Assembly (NCBI GenBank): GCA_964016885.1
Contig: OZ024743.1
Coordinates: 320,664,001 to 320,728,000 of the forward strand
Reading direction: 5' to 3'
Length of the DNA stretch: 64,000 nt
Source: Eledone cirrhosa
Lineage: Eukaryota
Of the stretch, positions 11,976 through 23,530 are shown piece by piece (position 1 is the stretch's first letter; each line of letters opens with the position of its first letter). Position numbers and translations under genes: made by a program. The notes below the pieces were generated by a model, which saw nothing but the letters and a program-made list of their open reading frames with translations, did no database searches and was not told the DNA's origin.

Positions 11976-13305
11976 ATGATGTTCGAAACGTTTGGTATCT
12001 GGACGATGCTACGTTGGGCCGGCCCGTATGGACGGTCTACCATGACCTTCAATCGGTGGTTCCTGCCCTGGCGGGAATCTGCCAAGTCGGAGGTGCTGAA
12101 TGTCAGCCTCGATGCTGCGAGCTTTGCAGCCTCCGTCTTGGACGTGCGGTCCGTTCTCCATCAGGCTCAGGTGACCCCCAAAGAGGATGTCCTCATCCTC
12201 GGGTCACCGATCCACCCGCCGGCCATCCGCTCCACCATCAGGTCCAGGCTTCAACAACTCCAGACTCTCACTAGCCGACTGGGCTTAATTGACGACCACC
12301 CAGCTCTCTTTCTGCTGAGGAACTGGTTCGCCATGCCGAAGCTCCTCTATACCCTCCGCAGCGCTCCGTGCTACACCCAGACATCTCTCCTCCTGACATC
12401 GATACTTGTATCCGAGCACCAGCCGAGGAGATATGCAACGTCAAGTTTGACGACATAGGGTGGCAACAGGCAACTTTACCTGTCAGGTATGGCGGCCTTG
12501 GCCTCCGGTCCCCGATCTCACTAGCTTTGCCGGCGTATCTTTCGTTGGTAACCTCGTGCCATGTCCTCGTCAGCAGGGTTCTTCAAAACACAACAGAACC
12601 CTCTATGTTCAGAGAACGTGAGGCCGCCTGTGAGACGTCGGCCTCCACCCGCTATCCTGTCCCCACAGTGCCGGCCGAATTCCACACTATACTGTCCTCA
12701 ATGAGGTCATTAAGCATGGCTTGGACGCTGCAGGATTCCCTTCCCAGCTCGAGCCGGTGGGGCTGGATCGAGGGGACGGCAAAAGGCCAGATGGAATGAC
12801 CAACTTCCCGTTCCGCGGTGGCAAACCCCTCGTCTGGGATGTCACTTGCACCGACACTTTCTGCAGCCGCAACCTGGTGCAGTCTGCGACTGACCCAGGT
12901 TCTGCTGCACGTCGGGCTGAGGAGGCCAACCTCCTCAAATACCGGTCGCTCTCCGACAGATTTGCGGTCGTACCCCTGGCAGTAGAGACTTCTGGTGTCC
13001 TCGGCCCCAGGGCTACCTCCTTACTCACCACCATAGGCGTTGAGCTGATCAGCCGCAGGTGTGAGCCCCGCGAGTTGGAGTGGCTTTTCCAGCGCGTCTC
13101 CCTTGCCGTACTCCGGGGAAACGCCTTCTCCATTCTGTCAGCCGGGGCTGTGGATGGGTCCCATCGCGTATCATTTTTGTAAATATGACAACAATCGATT
13201 CAACTAACGACGTATTATCTTCGCTTTTATTAAAAATGTTTGTTGTTTATGCGTTCCTTATTTTTAGCATAAATGACTACGTCACTTTAAATATTAAAAA
13301 AAAAA
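11976..13305 (+). mobile_element. 5'-truncated, frameshifted CRE-like (restriction-endonuclease) non-LTR retrotransposon
   Basis: RT motif VWYLDD, LPVRYGGLGL, RLE motifs GKRPDG...WDVTC...KY...PLAVETSG...LAVLRGNA; A-rich 3' end near 13295. Confidence 0.82.
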
Positions 13306-13429
13306 TATATTTACAAAATTATTTTTTTCAAAAATGTTAAACTAACTTCTAAAAATGTGCTGTTAATCATGAAATTATCTGAGTCGCATTTGCAATGAAA
13401 ATATTACCTTTGTCCAATGCATTTAACAG

Positions 13430-13840
13430 ATAATGGTTTCTGATTTAGGCACAAGGCCAACAGTTCTGTGGGAGAGGAAATTCAATGTAATTGGCCGCAG
13501 TGCATTATTGATGCTTTATTTATCGACACCGTAAGCAAACCTCGTCGGAATTCGAACTCAGAAGTAAAGAACCATAACTATATGCCGCAAAGCATCTTGT
13601 CCGAAGTTCTACAGATACTGCCAATCCATCGCCCTAGAAGGTCTGATAATAATGGTTTCTGATGTAGGCACAAGGCCAGCAATTTAAAGGGGAGGGGAAG
13701 GTCTATTAAATCGACCCCAGTGCATTACTGGTGCTTTATTTATCAACACCGGAAGGATGAAAGGCAAAGCTAACCTCAGCAGGATTTGAACTCAGAACGT
13801 AAAGGGACGTTCTGCCGATTCTGCCAATCCACCGCCCAAG
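13430..13840 (-). mobile_element. Two tandem SINE copies
   Basis: Same head, core and tail as 6598-6995. Confidence 0.85.
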
Positions 13841-13974
13841 TAGGCCCAATAATAACGGAAACAATCAGTTGCTGGCAATATTTTACGTATAGGTAAATCA
13901 GTTGTTTTTTTTTTGTTTTAATTGCTGGTTAGATATTTTATTCAAGAAGATTAGAAATGTGATTAAAAACTTAC

Positions 13975-13992
13975 TGAAAATGTTTCCCAAAA
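13975..13992 (-). CDS. Exon 3: 18-nt microexon (F)LGNIF(K)
   Basis: catttattttcttacAG|TTTTGGGAAACATTTTCA|GTAAGT; phase 1-1; its inclusion avoids a TAG at the exon 2/exon 4 junction. Confidence 0.8.
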
Positions 13993-14159
13993 CTGTAAGA
14001 AAATAAATGTGTAAATTATTAAACTATACATTCACAAATAGATTATAAAGATGAATATGACGATGAAGATGCTGGTGATTATGAGGATAGTGATAAAATA
14101 TGTGTGGATGATGAAAATAAGTACAAATGCAAAAAAAAACAAAACAAAAAAAAACGCGC

Positions 14160-14210
<51 letters not shown>

Positions 14211-14319
14211 AAACTTGGACGGGAACAAAAACAGAGAGGCAGTACAAATAAAATTTATTAGGTATATATATATATCAATAATATTAATAAATGGAAACTA
14301 TCTTTATAAAGCCATATTT

Positions 14320-14380
14320 ATTGTATTATATATATTTCAAGGGTTTTCAACATTTTGGGTACGCTCTCATCAGATAAAAT
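14320..14380 (-). ncRNA. Type-I hammerhead ribozyme in pLTR remnant (~14270-14415)
   Basis: ATTTTAT-CTGATGA-[stem II]-GAA-ATATATAT-A-ATACAAT; same family as 59152-59215 and 60026-60088. Confidence 0.7.
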
Positions 14381-14419
14381 ACAAAAGTTGTTTTACAGAT
14401 AGTTACATACCCAAAACAA

Positions 14420-15100
14420 GAATTTGGACAGGCCATCTTGTAAGGATAAATGACAAGCGAATGTCGAAGAGCTACTTTATGGCGAGCTCCAAATGGGAAA
14501 AGGGAACGCGAGCAAACCCAAGAGGCGTTTTAAGGACTGCATCAAGGGGGCGCTGATGAAAGGTAACATCCCTTGTGAGTAATGGGAAGCATGCGCTAGC
14601 GATCGATCGTATTGGAGGAAAGCAGTGGCTAGTGGCAAGAGTCTATTTGAAGAAACAAGAAGAAGGCACGCGACACTAAAGAGAGATGTCCGGAAAGGAA
14701 TCCATATTGGCCTTCCCGAAGGCACTGACAGACGGCCTGCCCTGACATGTGAGACCTGTAATAGGGTTTGTCTGAGCATGGCAGGTCTAAAGAGTCACCT
14801 GAGAGTGCACAAGAACAGGGAAGCAGGCACCTGTGGAGTTATAAGTGTTCATCATACGACGACATGTGATGTTTGTGGAAGGGTATGCAGGTCGAGTAGT
14901 GATCTCACATGACACCTTGGATCACATGGTGCTATGGGCCCAGCACTAGGTGTCAATAATTGTCACAAGTGTAGTGTTTGTACCAGAGTTTTCAAGTCGC
15001 TTGCTGGACTAAAAAGCCACACTCGTTCAGCGCAACGGTAAGGGTTCTCCTACATGGATATGAAGTAGTGGCCGTACTCGAAAACGAGTTGGCAGCCACC

Positions 15101-15103
<3 letters not shown>
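14420..15103 (+). mobile_element. 3' fragment of RTE/BovB-like LINE with C-terminal C2H2-type fingers
   Basis: WTGHLVRINDKR...LLYGEL...KPKRRFKD...DRSYWR; CETCNRVCLSMAGLKSHLRVH plus two further CxxC...H units; terminal hairpin CTCGAAAACGAG. Confidence 0.8.
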
Positions 15104-15140
<37 letters not shown>

Positions 15141-15905
15141 TGAGAAGCATTCTCGTGATTCTATTGAATATATATATAAGCCTCGATGCCATTTGTAAAA
15201 GCGCATTCAATGAATTATCGCGCACACATAAATTAGCAATAGTAATATTCGTAAAGTCGTTTGGGTAGATATATGGTTAATCGTGTATTGTATGAATAAT
15301 TGTAAGTAAAAAGCTGAACATTATGTTTGGAAAGTAAATGTGTACTACACAGTTCACTATAACTTCCTCGTGATATACCACCCGCCGTTCGCTCCTCTTC
15401 CTTTTGGGAGATTTTTACTATATTCTGCACAACTTATCTCCTCTTCTATCATGTGGTACTACCCCAACAATCAGACTTGCTTACTACAATCCCACCATTT
15501 TCCGTCTGTGTGTCACCTACTCTCTATCTTGTTTTGCCTCTCTGGTTTAATTGAAAATCTTCTTCACTCATTGTTTGAAATGTTGAACATTTTCATTATA
15601 TATGAAATTTTCCCTTGAAATTTAATTTCAGGTACGTTCTGCTTTATCTGATTACATTATCATTCATGTTCAAATTCAGTATTCTAGTTTCAAATCGTCC
15701 TTGTCGGGTAAAATACTCCAGGGTTCTGTTTAATTATCTTGTTTAATACTGCGATCCCGGATGAATCAGCAGTCAAAACTGTTTAAATTCATCCGTACAG
15801 TCAATAGCTACGAATTTCTTGTTTCTGTATCATCTGTATGTCATTGTGTCACCAGTTTGTCCCTATCTATGCTTCTATAAGGTTTTATTATCTTTGATGC
15901 AGGTG

Positions 15906-16067
15906 GGTGGGTTGGCAGTATCTTTGTAGCATAGAGTTACGCCCCTTTACGATCTGAGTTCAAATCCCGCTGAGGTTAACTTTGCCTTTCATCCTTACCT
16001 GGTACATAAAATAAAGTACCAGTAATGCACTGAGACAATTGCTGGCCTTGTGCCAAAAGTAGAAACA
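15906..16067 (+). mobile_element. SINE with 19-bp target-site duplication
   Basis: ATTATCTTTGATGCAGGTG at 15887-15905 and 16068-16086. Confidence 0.9.
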
Positions 16068-16429
16068 ATTATCTTTGATGCAGGTGAAACCATTCTCCTC
16101 TTTTAATAAAATGCAAACTATATTTATATAGACACACAATTATACATACACAATCATACATATACATGTATGATTGTGTGTATGTATCTATATAAATATA
16201 GTTTGCATATATATATATATATAAGCAAAGAGTTATTTAATTTGTTGGTTATTCAATAAATTTATTCCTACATACATAAACATGCATGACTGCGGTTAAT
16301 GTGTTGTATTATATGTATAATGTGTTGTATATATATATATATGTCATATATATATATTATATATATATGTCATATATATATATGTTATATATATGTGTGT
16401 GTTATATGTATAATGTGTTATATATATAT

Positions 16430-16514
<85 letters not shown>

Positions 16515-16540
16515 TTAAAGATTTATTAAATTTTACTTAC

Positions 16541-16585
16541 ATGGATCAGGTCTTCCTGCTACGCTCAGGCATAAAGTTAGAACAC
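16541..16585 (-). CDS. Exon 2: end of signal peptide, (G)VLTLCLSVAGRPDP
   Basis: catttttatcattgcAG|...|GTAAGT; 45 nt, phase 1-1. Confidence 0.85.
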
Positions 16586-16857
16586 CTGCAATGATAAAAA
16601 TGTATTAAATGTATTATATCATCTAAAGTAACTATATTACTTTCTTGATGGAAATAATACTGTATTGATTAATATATTTTGGGCGATTTAATTATTGTTG
16701 CTATAAATCTAATACATATTTTGAGATGCGAAGATCGTAACGTAGTGTTAGAGATGGTGTTTTCTCTTGGTTCTTCATGCTTACTTATAAGTATGGTATC
16801 TATTAATAAGACAAAACAGAAATGTTATTATCCAAGAAATAGTAAACTGATAAATAC

Positions 16858-16888
16858 CAGCAAGAGCCGCAATAACCGATAACTTCAT
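16858..16888 (-). CDS. Exon 1 (coding part): start of signal peptide, MKLSVIAALA(G)
   Basis: gccaagATG context; donor G|GTATTT, phase 1; joins exon 2 to give the hydrophobic signal peptide MKLSVIAALAGVLTLCLSVAG. Confidence 0.82.
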
Positions 16889-16925
16889 CTTGGCGATTTG
16901 TGGTGCCAATTATAAAATTTGGGAC

Positions 16926-16933
16926 CTTATATA
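16926..16933 (-). promoter_or_regulatory. Candidate TATA box of the EGF-vWA gene
   Basis: TATATAAG about 40 nt upstream of the ATG; the region is AT-rich, so the match is weak. Confidence 0.4.
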
Positions 16934-17576
16934 ACATTCTAAATAGAAAAATCAATATACAAAAATGTAACACGCGTTATATGTAGCACAGCTGTTGTCT
17001 AAAGGGCAGTAAAAATGAAATAAGTGGGAACTAACTTAATGAGGGTTGGGTGTATACGTTACCAGCACCATAATTAATTGATTGGTAATCAATGTGTTTT
17101 AGAGGGAGCAGTGAAGCTTAGCATATTTCAGAAACCAATATATCTGACGTCCTAATCATTTTTTTCTACCTGTTACTCTTGATTTAGGAATCAACTTCGT
17201 TTTATCTGTTTGCGTGACTTATGTTTCATTGCAATGTGTTGAAAACTAGCTTCAATTGTGCCGAGTGAGACAATTATGGTTTCACCGTATACTAAACAGC
17301 GTGTGGGAAAAGGAAGTGTAAGTAATTCGGAGTAGAACATAGGTATTTCGTTAAGAAACAGAGGAAGATTTATTTCCCGTAGAAATGATATTTATAGAAC
17401 TAGAAATGTTTCATTCGTTCGAAGTCATAGCTATACAATGAAGTCAAATGCATAAATAATTAAATAAGGTTTAATTTGTGTTATACTTGTGGGAAATCGA
17501 ATGTCCGAATGTATTCGACGTTTGTCCTTCATCATGAAAGTATAATGTTAGGAGACAATATATATATGTGGGATAG

Positions 17577-17698
<122 letters not shown>

Positions 17699-17769
17699 TA
17701 TATTTACATATATATATATGTACATATATATATGTATATATATATATTTATTTACTCATATATATTTTT

Positions 17770-18990
17770 ATCTTAGACATATTACGTGTTAGATTCCCGG
17801 ACTTCCACACGGGAATATACCGCGACGATGGACTGACTTTATCGAGCCATAAAAGTGGTCACGACCACGACCGGTTTAAAAAAGACTAAGCTTCTACCTT
17901 CAATGAGTTAGGCCTTATCAGTATTAGAATATCAGTACTAGAATCTCAAACCTCTCCTCTAATAAGGCTATCTTTTACAGGGTGTCACCCTATCTATAAC
18001 ACGGCGTTGGCTAACAGCGGCTTCTCATCACCTATCATTACTCTCCCACTAGCAACAACACCATTCAGAAAAGTAAGCGCAACAATAGACAAACTATCTG
18101 GTTCTCTCCTCCCTTCTCACTCAATGTTAAAACCAATGTAGGAAAAACATTTCTAGCCCCCTTAGATAGACACTTCCCCATAGGTCATAAATACCGCTCC
18201 ATCTTTAACCGACACAAAGTTAAACTAGGATACTCCTGCGCTAAGAACATGAAGGCCCACATCACCAGCAGCCCTAGGAGCAACACCCCACTAGGGTGCT
18301 CTTGCCGTAAGCCTGAAGCTTGCCCCCTTCAACAGCAATGCAAGACACCAGCTGTAATCTATGAAGCTGTGGTCACTTCCAACCGACCAAACGAACCACA
18401 GGAGGTCAAATCCTGTGGACATGGCGGAGGGCCGATTCAAGGAGCGTTTCCTGAACCACCAGTCTACCTTCAGATACCCGGACAGACGTTCATCCACGAA
18501 ACTCGCGAGCCACGTATGGTCCCTCAAGGACTCAAGTATAGGGTACTCCATTCAATGGAAAGCCATCACTAAGTCCAAGGGGAAATCCGACGCGTGGCTT
18601 ATGTATTGACGAACGAATAACTATCCTAAAGAGATTACGCAATAGTGATTGCCTAAACACGAGAAGTGAATTGTTCACACGTTGTCCACACTTTACCAAA
18701 CATCTATTGCATAACTACAAGGCTCCGGACTGATTCTTTGTAATTTTATTTTTAATTCTTTTTATTTTATTTTCAACCTAAAAACTTTCCGGACTTTCGC
18801 AGTTATCTCCCTTACACCTCCCGCACGCAGTCTAGTATTGCCTGTGGGAAGTGACCGAGTTTCTGCGCATGTGCGTTCGTACGGTTGTCCTTCCTGTTCC
18901 TATAACCATACACATCCCGAGCTGAAGATCCTCGAAGGTGAAACAATTGTTCTCGGTATGGTGAACTAACTGCTGTGTAAACACTTCTCT
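17770..18990 (+). mobile_element. 5'-truncated decayed Penelope-like element
   Basis: [10 protein letters not shown] motif, WFSPPFS linker, CSC..CPL, VIYEA (GIY-YIG), FKERFLNH; flanked by TA-rich tracts. Confidence 0.88.
18905..18962 (+). ncRNA. Type-I hammerhead ribozyme in pLTR
   Basis: Stem I CCGAG/CTCGG extended by ACCATA/TATGGT; CTGAAGA; stem II CCT/AGG; GAA; palindromic stem III ACAATTGT; site GUU at 18951. Confidence 0.85.
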
Positions 18991-19559
18991 CTCTATATAT
19001 ATATAGAGAGAGAGAGCCTCATTGATATCAGACAAGACATAAGATACCATTGCAATATAAAATAACCGAAATTTGAAAGTTCGATGGATCGGTTTCTTGT
19101 TAGCTCAAAGATATTTGTTAGTTGTCGTAAACCCACTTTCATTGCAGACAACTGTTTAAAATCTGCAATCTTTCAAACGATATCACAGTGCACATATTTA
19201 AATTACATCGCCAGACATTGTTTGACATTTCAGTTGGCATTCCTGTAGGCACTAAGCCCCTGACATCCATAGTAGTGATTAGAAGGAACGGCGATCCCGA
19301 TTTAAATACAAGCGGAGAGGCCTCATTAGACATCTAATCTAGTAATGCACTCTCTACTATGAACGTCATGAGAACTTGCATGATAAAAATAATTACAATT
19401 TAATAATAGAAATTAAATTGAGTTAAATTAAGAACAAATTATATACAAGTTAATACAGTACATTAATTCTTCTAATTTCAATTAACATTAGTTTATAAAC
19501 TAATTATGTCAACATTCATGCTATGGAGAATTAATACATCTTTAGTAAATAAAGAGAGA

Positions 19560-20230
19560 TGATTCGATTTATCAAGGTTAGAAGTAAAAGTTAACAAGGG
19601 ATTTTGGTTGAGCTGCTTTTATTATAGCACAGGGAGAATGGACAAAATCAAAAGGGTGTGTAAATTAAGGGTATTTAAAGAAAATTAAAGTATAAGAAAA
19701 TGATCTGATAAACAACATTAGCGAAGGTTCTAGTTTCAATACCTCTTCAGTAGTGAGCAATATTGTAAAGTTTATTTGTTGCAGTGTGGACATATGCTGC
19801 ATGTATCGCTCTTGTTTAAATAATTGTCTGATTATAGAGAGCTTTTCAGTTTTTGTCTCCTCTCAACTGAGAGAGTCTAAATTTCCTGCTACCGTTCATA
19901 GAAGCTCTGCACTTCTACACGATCCATTAGATAGTAGTGTAATCAGTAGTCAACATTTTAATTGCATATATGTATGCTTTTCGTTGGGTTTTCTAAAGGT
20001 TATCTAATATAAATCAATTCAGGCGCATAATCCACAGGTAGGGTTTATATTAACCCAAGTGCAGTTCTTTTTTGTAAGGTAAATGTTCTTCTGACATGCG
20101 TCATTACTCTTAATTTGCTATCATCTCTAATGCAATACCGTCTGCGAAATTTAATACTTTGTTTAATAGCTTTTTCGAAACCGAAGCATAAAAGTCTACA
20201 GTCTACAATTGTATCTAACCAATTCTGATA
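19560..20230 (-). mobile_element. Possible heavily decayed Penelope-like RT remnant
   Basis: Patchy similarity to the RT at 23531-25852 (e.g. LLNKVLNFA vs TLNRAIKFA); many stops. Confidence 0.3.
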
Positions 20231-20250
20231 TCGTTGATTATAGCCTATTA

Positions 20251-20251
<1 letters not shown>

Positions 20252-20281
<30 letters not shown>

Positions 20282-21630
20282 CTTCTTCTTCTTCTTCTTC
20301 TTTAGACGACAGTGGGGGAAGTGTACTCAAACACTCCTTCCAGCGCGTCCTGTCAGAAGCAACCGTCTCCAACTGGTTCAACTTGATCCCCAATCGTAAC
20401 CAGTCAACCTGATGGATGTTATCCAACCACCTTGCTCGGGGTCTGCCACTGGGTCTCCTAGCGATTGGGTTTGCCTGTAAAATCGCTTCAACCATTCTTT
20501 TCTGAGACAGTATAACCACAGGCCCATAGTATCGGAGCTGTGAACTCTCAATTCAGAGAAGTATCGGCTCTACCTAGGTTGACTTTCTGATCACCGAGCT
20601 AGACACTATATCGCGTAACGTTATTCCGAAGATCCTTCCGAGGAATCCCATTTCGGCCCCTTGTATTAGCGATCGTATTCCTTCTGTCATTACTCAAGAT
20701 TCATGACACACATATCGGTTGGCATGGATACCGAATTTAAGGTAGCGAATTTGTCTACTCCCTTCTTCTGATTGCTGTATGATGAAACTGATGCATTACT
20801 TCACCAGCTCCTGCAATTCTGGCACTTAATTCCACCCCTTATCTTCCATCACTCGTGATCACGGCCCCAAGATACTTGAAATTCTCCACCTACTTCAGTG
20901 GAACTCCATTCACATGTAGAGTTCACTGCGGAGGCTTCCTTGTGAGGACGGGGATCTCAGTTTTCGCAGCACTGATTTTCATTCCAGCCATGCAGCACTT
21001 GTCATCAACCCTATCAAGGGCACGACGAAGATCACCTACTGTCGTGTTAAGTAATAACATGTCGTCTGCAACTTCCAGCCGACTGATTTTACATCCGCCA
21101 GGCGTGATACTACTCCCAACCCGACTGGGCATATCAATCCTGTACTTGACATTAATGAACAGATCAGGTGATAGTACGCACCCTTGGTGGAGTCCGACTC
21201 CTACATTGAATGGTTTCAATTTAGCACCATTTATCCGAACACAAATACTCGAGCAGACATATAGAGATATCAGAGCAACAAGAAGCTGACCATCAATCCC
21301 ATACACCTGCAGAACCTTCCACGGCACGTCCCGTGGAACACAATCATTTTCCTTTTCGAGTTCAACAAAGCAAGAATACACCTCTTGGCAGTACTCTCAC
21401 GATTTCTCAAAGAGCTGTCGCGTTGCAAATATTTTGTCAGCTCTGATGCGTCCGAAGCGAGAACCAAATTGTTTATCAGATAGATTGGACTGACAATCTC
21501 CCTACATCTCTTTTCCAGACACTTAGCATAGACGTTACAAGAAGATCTCTATAATTAGAGCAATTTCTCTTGTCTGCCATTTTGAAAATTGGGATTATCA
21601 CTCCAAATTGCCATTGCTTATGTTCCTTTT
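20252..21630 (-). mobile_element. 5'-truncated RTE-clade LINE with (GAA)n tail
   Basis: GLHQGCVLSP, ADD RT motif, GRPRARWLD C-terminus; (TTC)n at 20252-20300 is the tail. Confidence 0.9.
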
Positions 21631-22289
21631 CAGAGATTCAGACCTTCAGAGATTTAGTCATTCTAATAAATATCAAATTCCCCACTTTGCCGTTATCATA
21701 TATTACCATAAATGCTCCCTGGTGGTGGTGCTCCAGTTATTATTGTATATTTGAGAGAGTACAGAATCTCAGCGGTTAGATTCTCAGTCAATTTGTGAAA
21801 CAAATATTTTCTGAAAACCTGATATTCAGCTTTCGGATGAAATTGTCTCCGTTACTTAAAATATGACTGATCTTTGTTTTAATTTTTATAATATATCATA
21901 TATTGTGATTTAGGAAGCACGGTGTTGCTTGCTTCGAAAAGTTTAATTACTGTTTCTCTGCATTTTAACAGAGAGACAAATAATTGTATGTATCTCAGAG
22001 TAGAAGAAATAGCTAAATGACTGAAATGTAATAGAGCAGGTTTTTCAGGGGGAAGAGAAGTATTAGTTGAAATACATAGCTGAAAGACACACAGTGCCTG
22101 GCCTACTCCCAGGCACGCGCGTAGCCATTCAAGTAATATGCTCTCCCGCTGAAAATTCTACTCGCAAGCTATTGTGCAGAATAAGTTAATGATAGATTTG
22201 ACTTTTATGCCAATGCCGAGAACACAGGTATAACTGTGCTCTTGAGCTTATTTCACAATTATCATTTAATTCTATAGTATATATATATA

Positions 22290-22324
<35 letters not shown>

Positions 22325-22471
22325 TATTTTCCGTTGTGTTGTAATGTAAATATTACACACAGTAGATTATCAGCTCACGTAGAGTTTGCTCGACGGTTCC
22401 AGTTGTAGTTCCAAAAGTAATCCGGAGAAAAATAGAAAGATTTGAATGGATACAGTTTAGTTGAAAGGAAT

Positions 22472-22588
22472 TTATTGACACGTGTTTCTATAACAGTTAC
22501 ATAACCTAAAATAGCTATCTACAAACTTTTAGTTATGCAGACATTCAATATTTCAATGTTATTATTTACTGTCATTTCATCAGAATAA
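22472..22588 (-). ncRNA. Type-I hammerhead with large branched stem II (3' pLTR)
   Basis: Reverse complement of 27776-27892. Confidence 0.8.
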
Positions 22589-23178
22589 TATTACTGAGGA
22601 CCTATTTAGTTTTTATAGAGAATATTAGGAGGAAGGGGTGAAGTTGTTAGAAGAATAGTTGAAGGAGTGGTTTTTCGATAGCAGTGAGAATTCTTGGTGG
22701 CAGTGAGTAATTAGATTCCCATCTGTTGTTTTGACATTTTTTATAGAATATATTATTGGTTATTTTTCTAAATCTATAGAAGGATTAGAGATAGTAAAGA
22801 TATGCGTGGTTGGTTTTGTGTTTGCACTTAACATTCAGACTTAAATTTTTCTTTCAAGTGTACGTATTCTTTCACCCACGCATTCACACACAAATATATT
22901 TGCACACCTCTACAAAATACATATACTCACAATTCACATATTCATACTTACATATATATACACATGCATACACATATATATACACACATGTATTCATGTA
23001 CATACATACGCGCTCATGTGTATACATTTTCATACTCAACTTATCTTTATATATACACACGTATAGACACACACATATATACATACATACTCTAGTCCAT
23101 GTGTACACACATACACATACATACACATCCATATACACATACATACATACACATATATATATACATATATACATATAC

Positions 23179-23209
<31 letters not shown>

Positions 23210-23530
23210 CACATACATATATACACACATATACACACACACACATATATATATATATATAAGCACTTTAATACATGAATACACTTACATCTAACTATAC
23301 ACATCAAACATATATATATATTTACTTATTTATATACATTTTCACATATATATACATACTTATGGACGTTTTTAGACACATTCATTATCGCATATTTGTA
23401 CCTATTCTCATCAGCATATCTTTTCATTATTAGTATGGTAATTTAAGGTTATTAATATATGTTGAGAAGAGATTGTTTTTATATTTTTCTAACTAGATTA
23501 AGGTTTATATAGTTGGGGGATGTCCCTCTT

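Noticed and set aside
19139-19340. Possible Helitron PIF1-helicase remnant
   Set aside because: Only vague similarity over about 40 aa; not supportable without a search.
20238-20300. Poly-Glu protein tail
   Set aside because: It is the (GAA)n tail of an RTE LINE.
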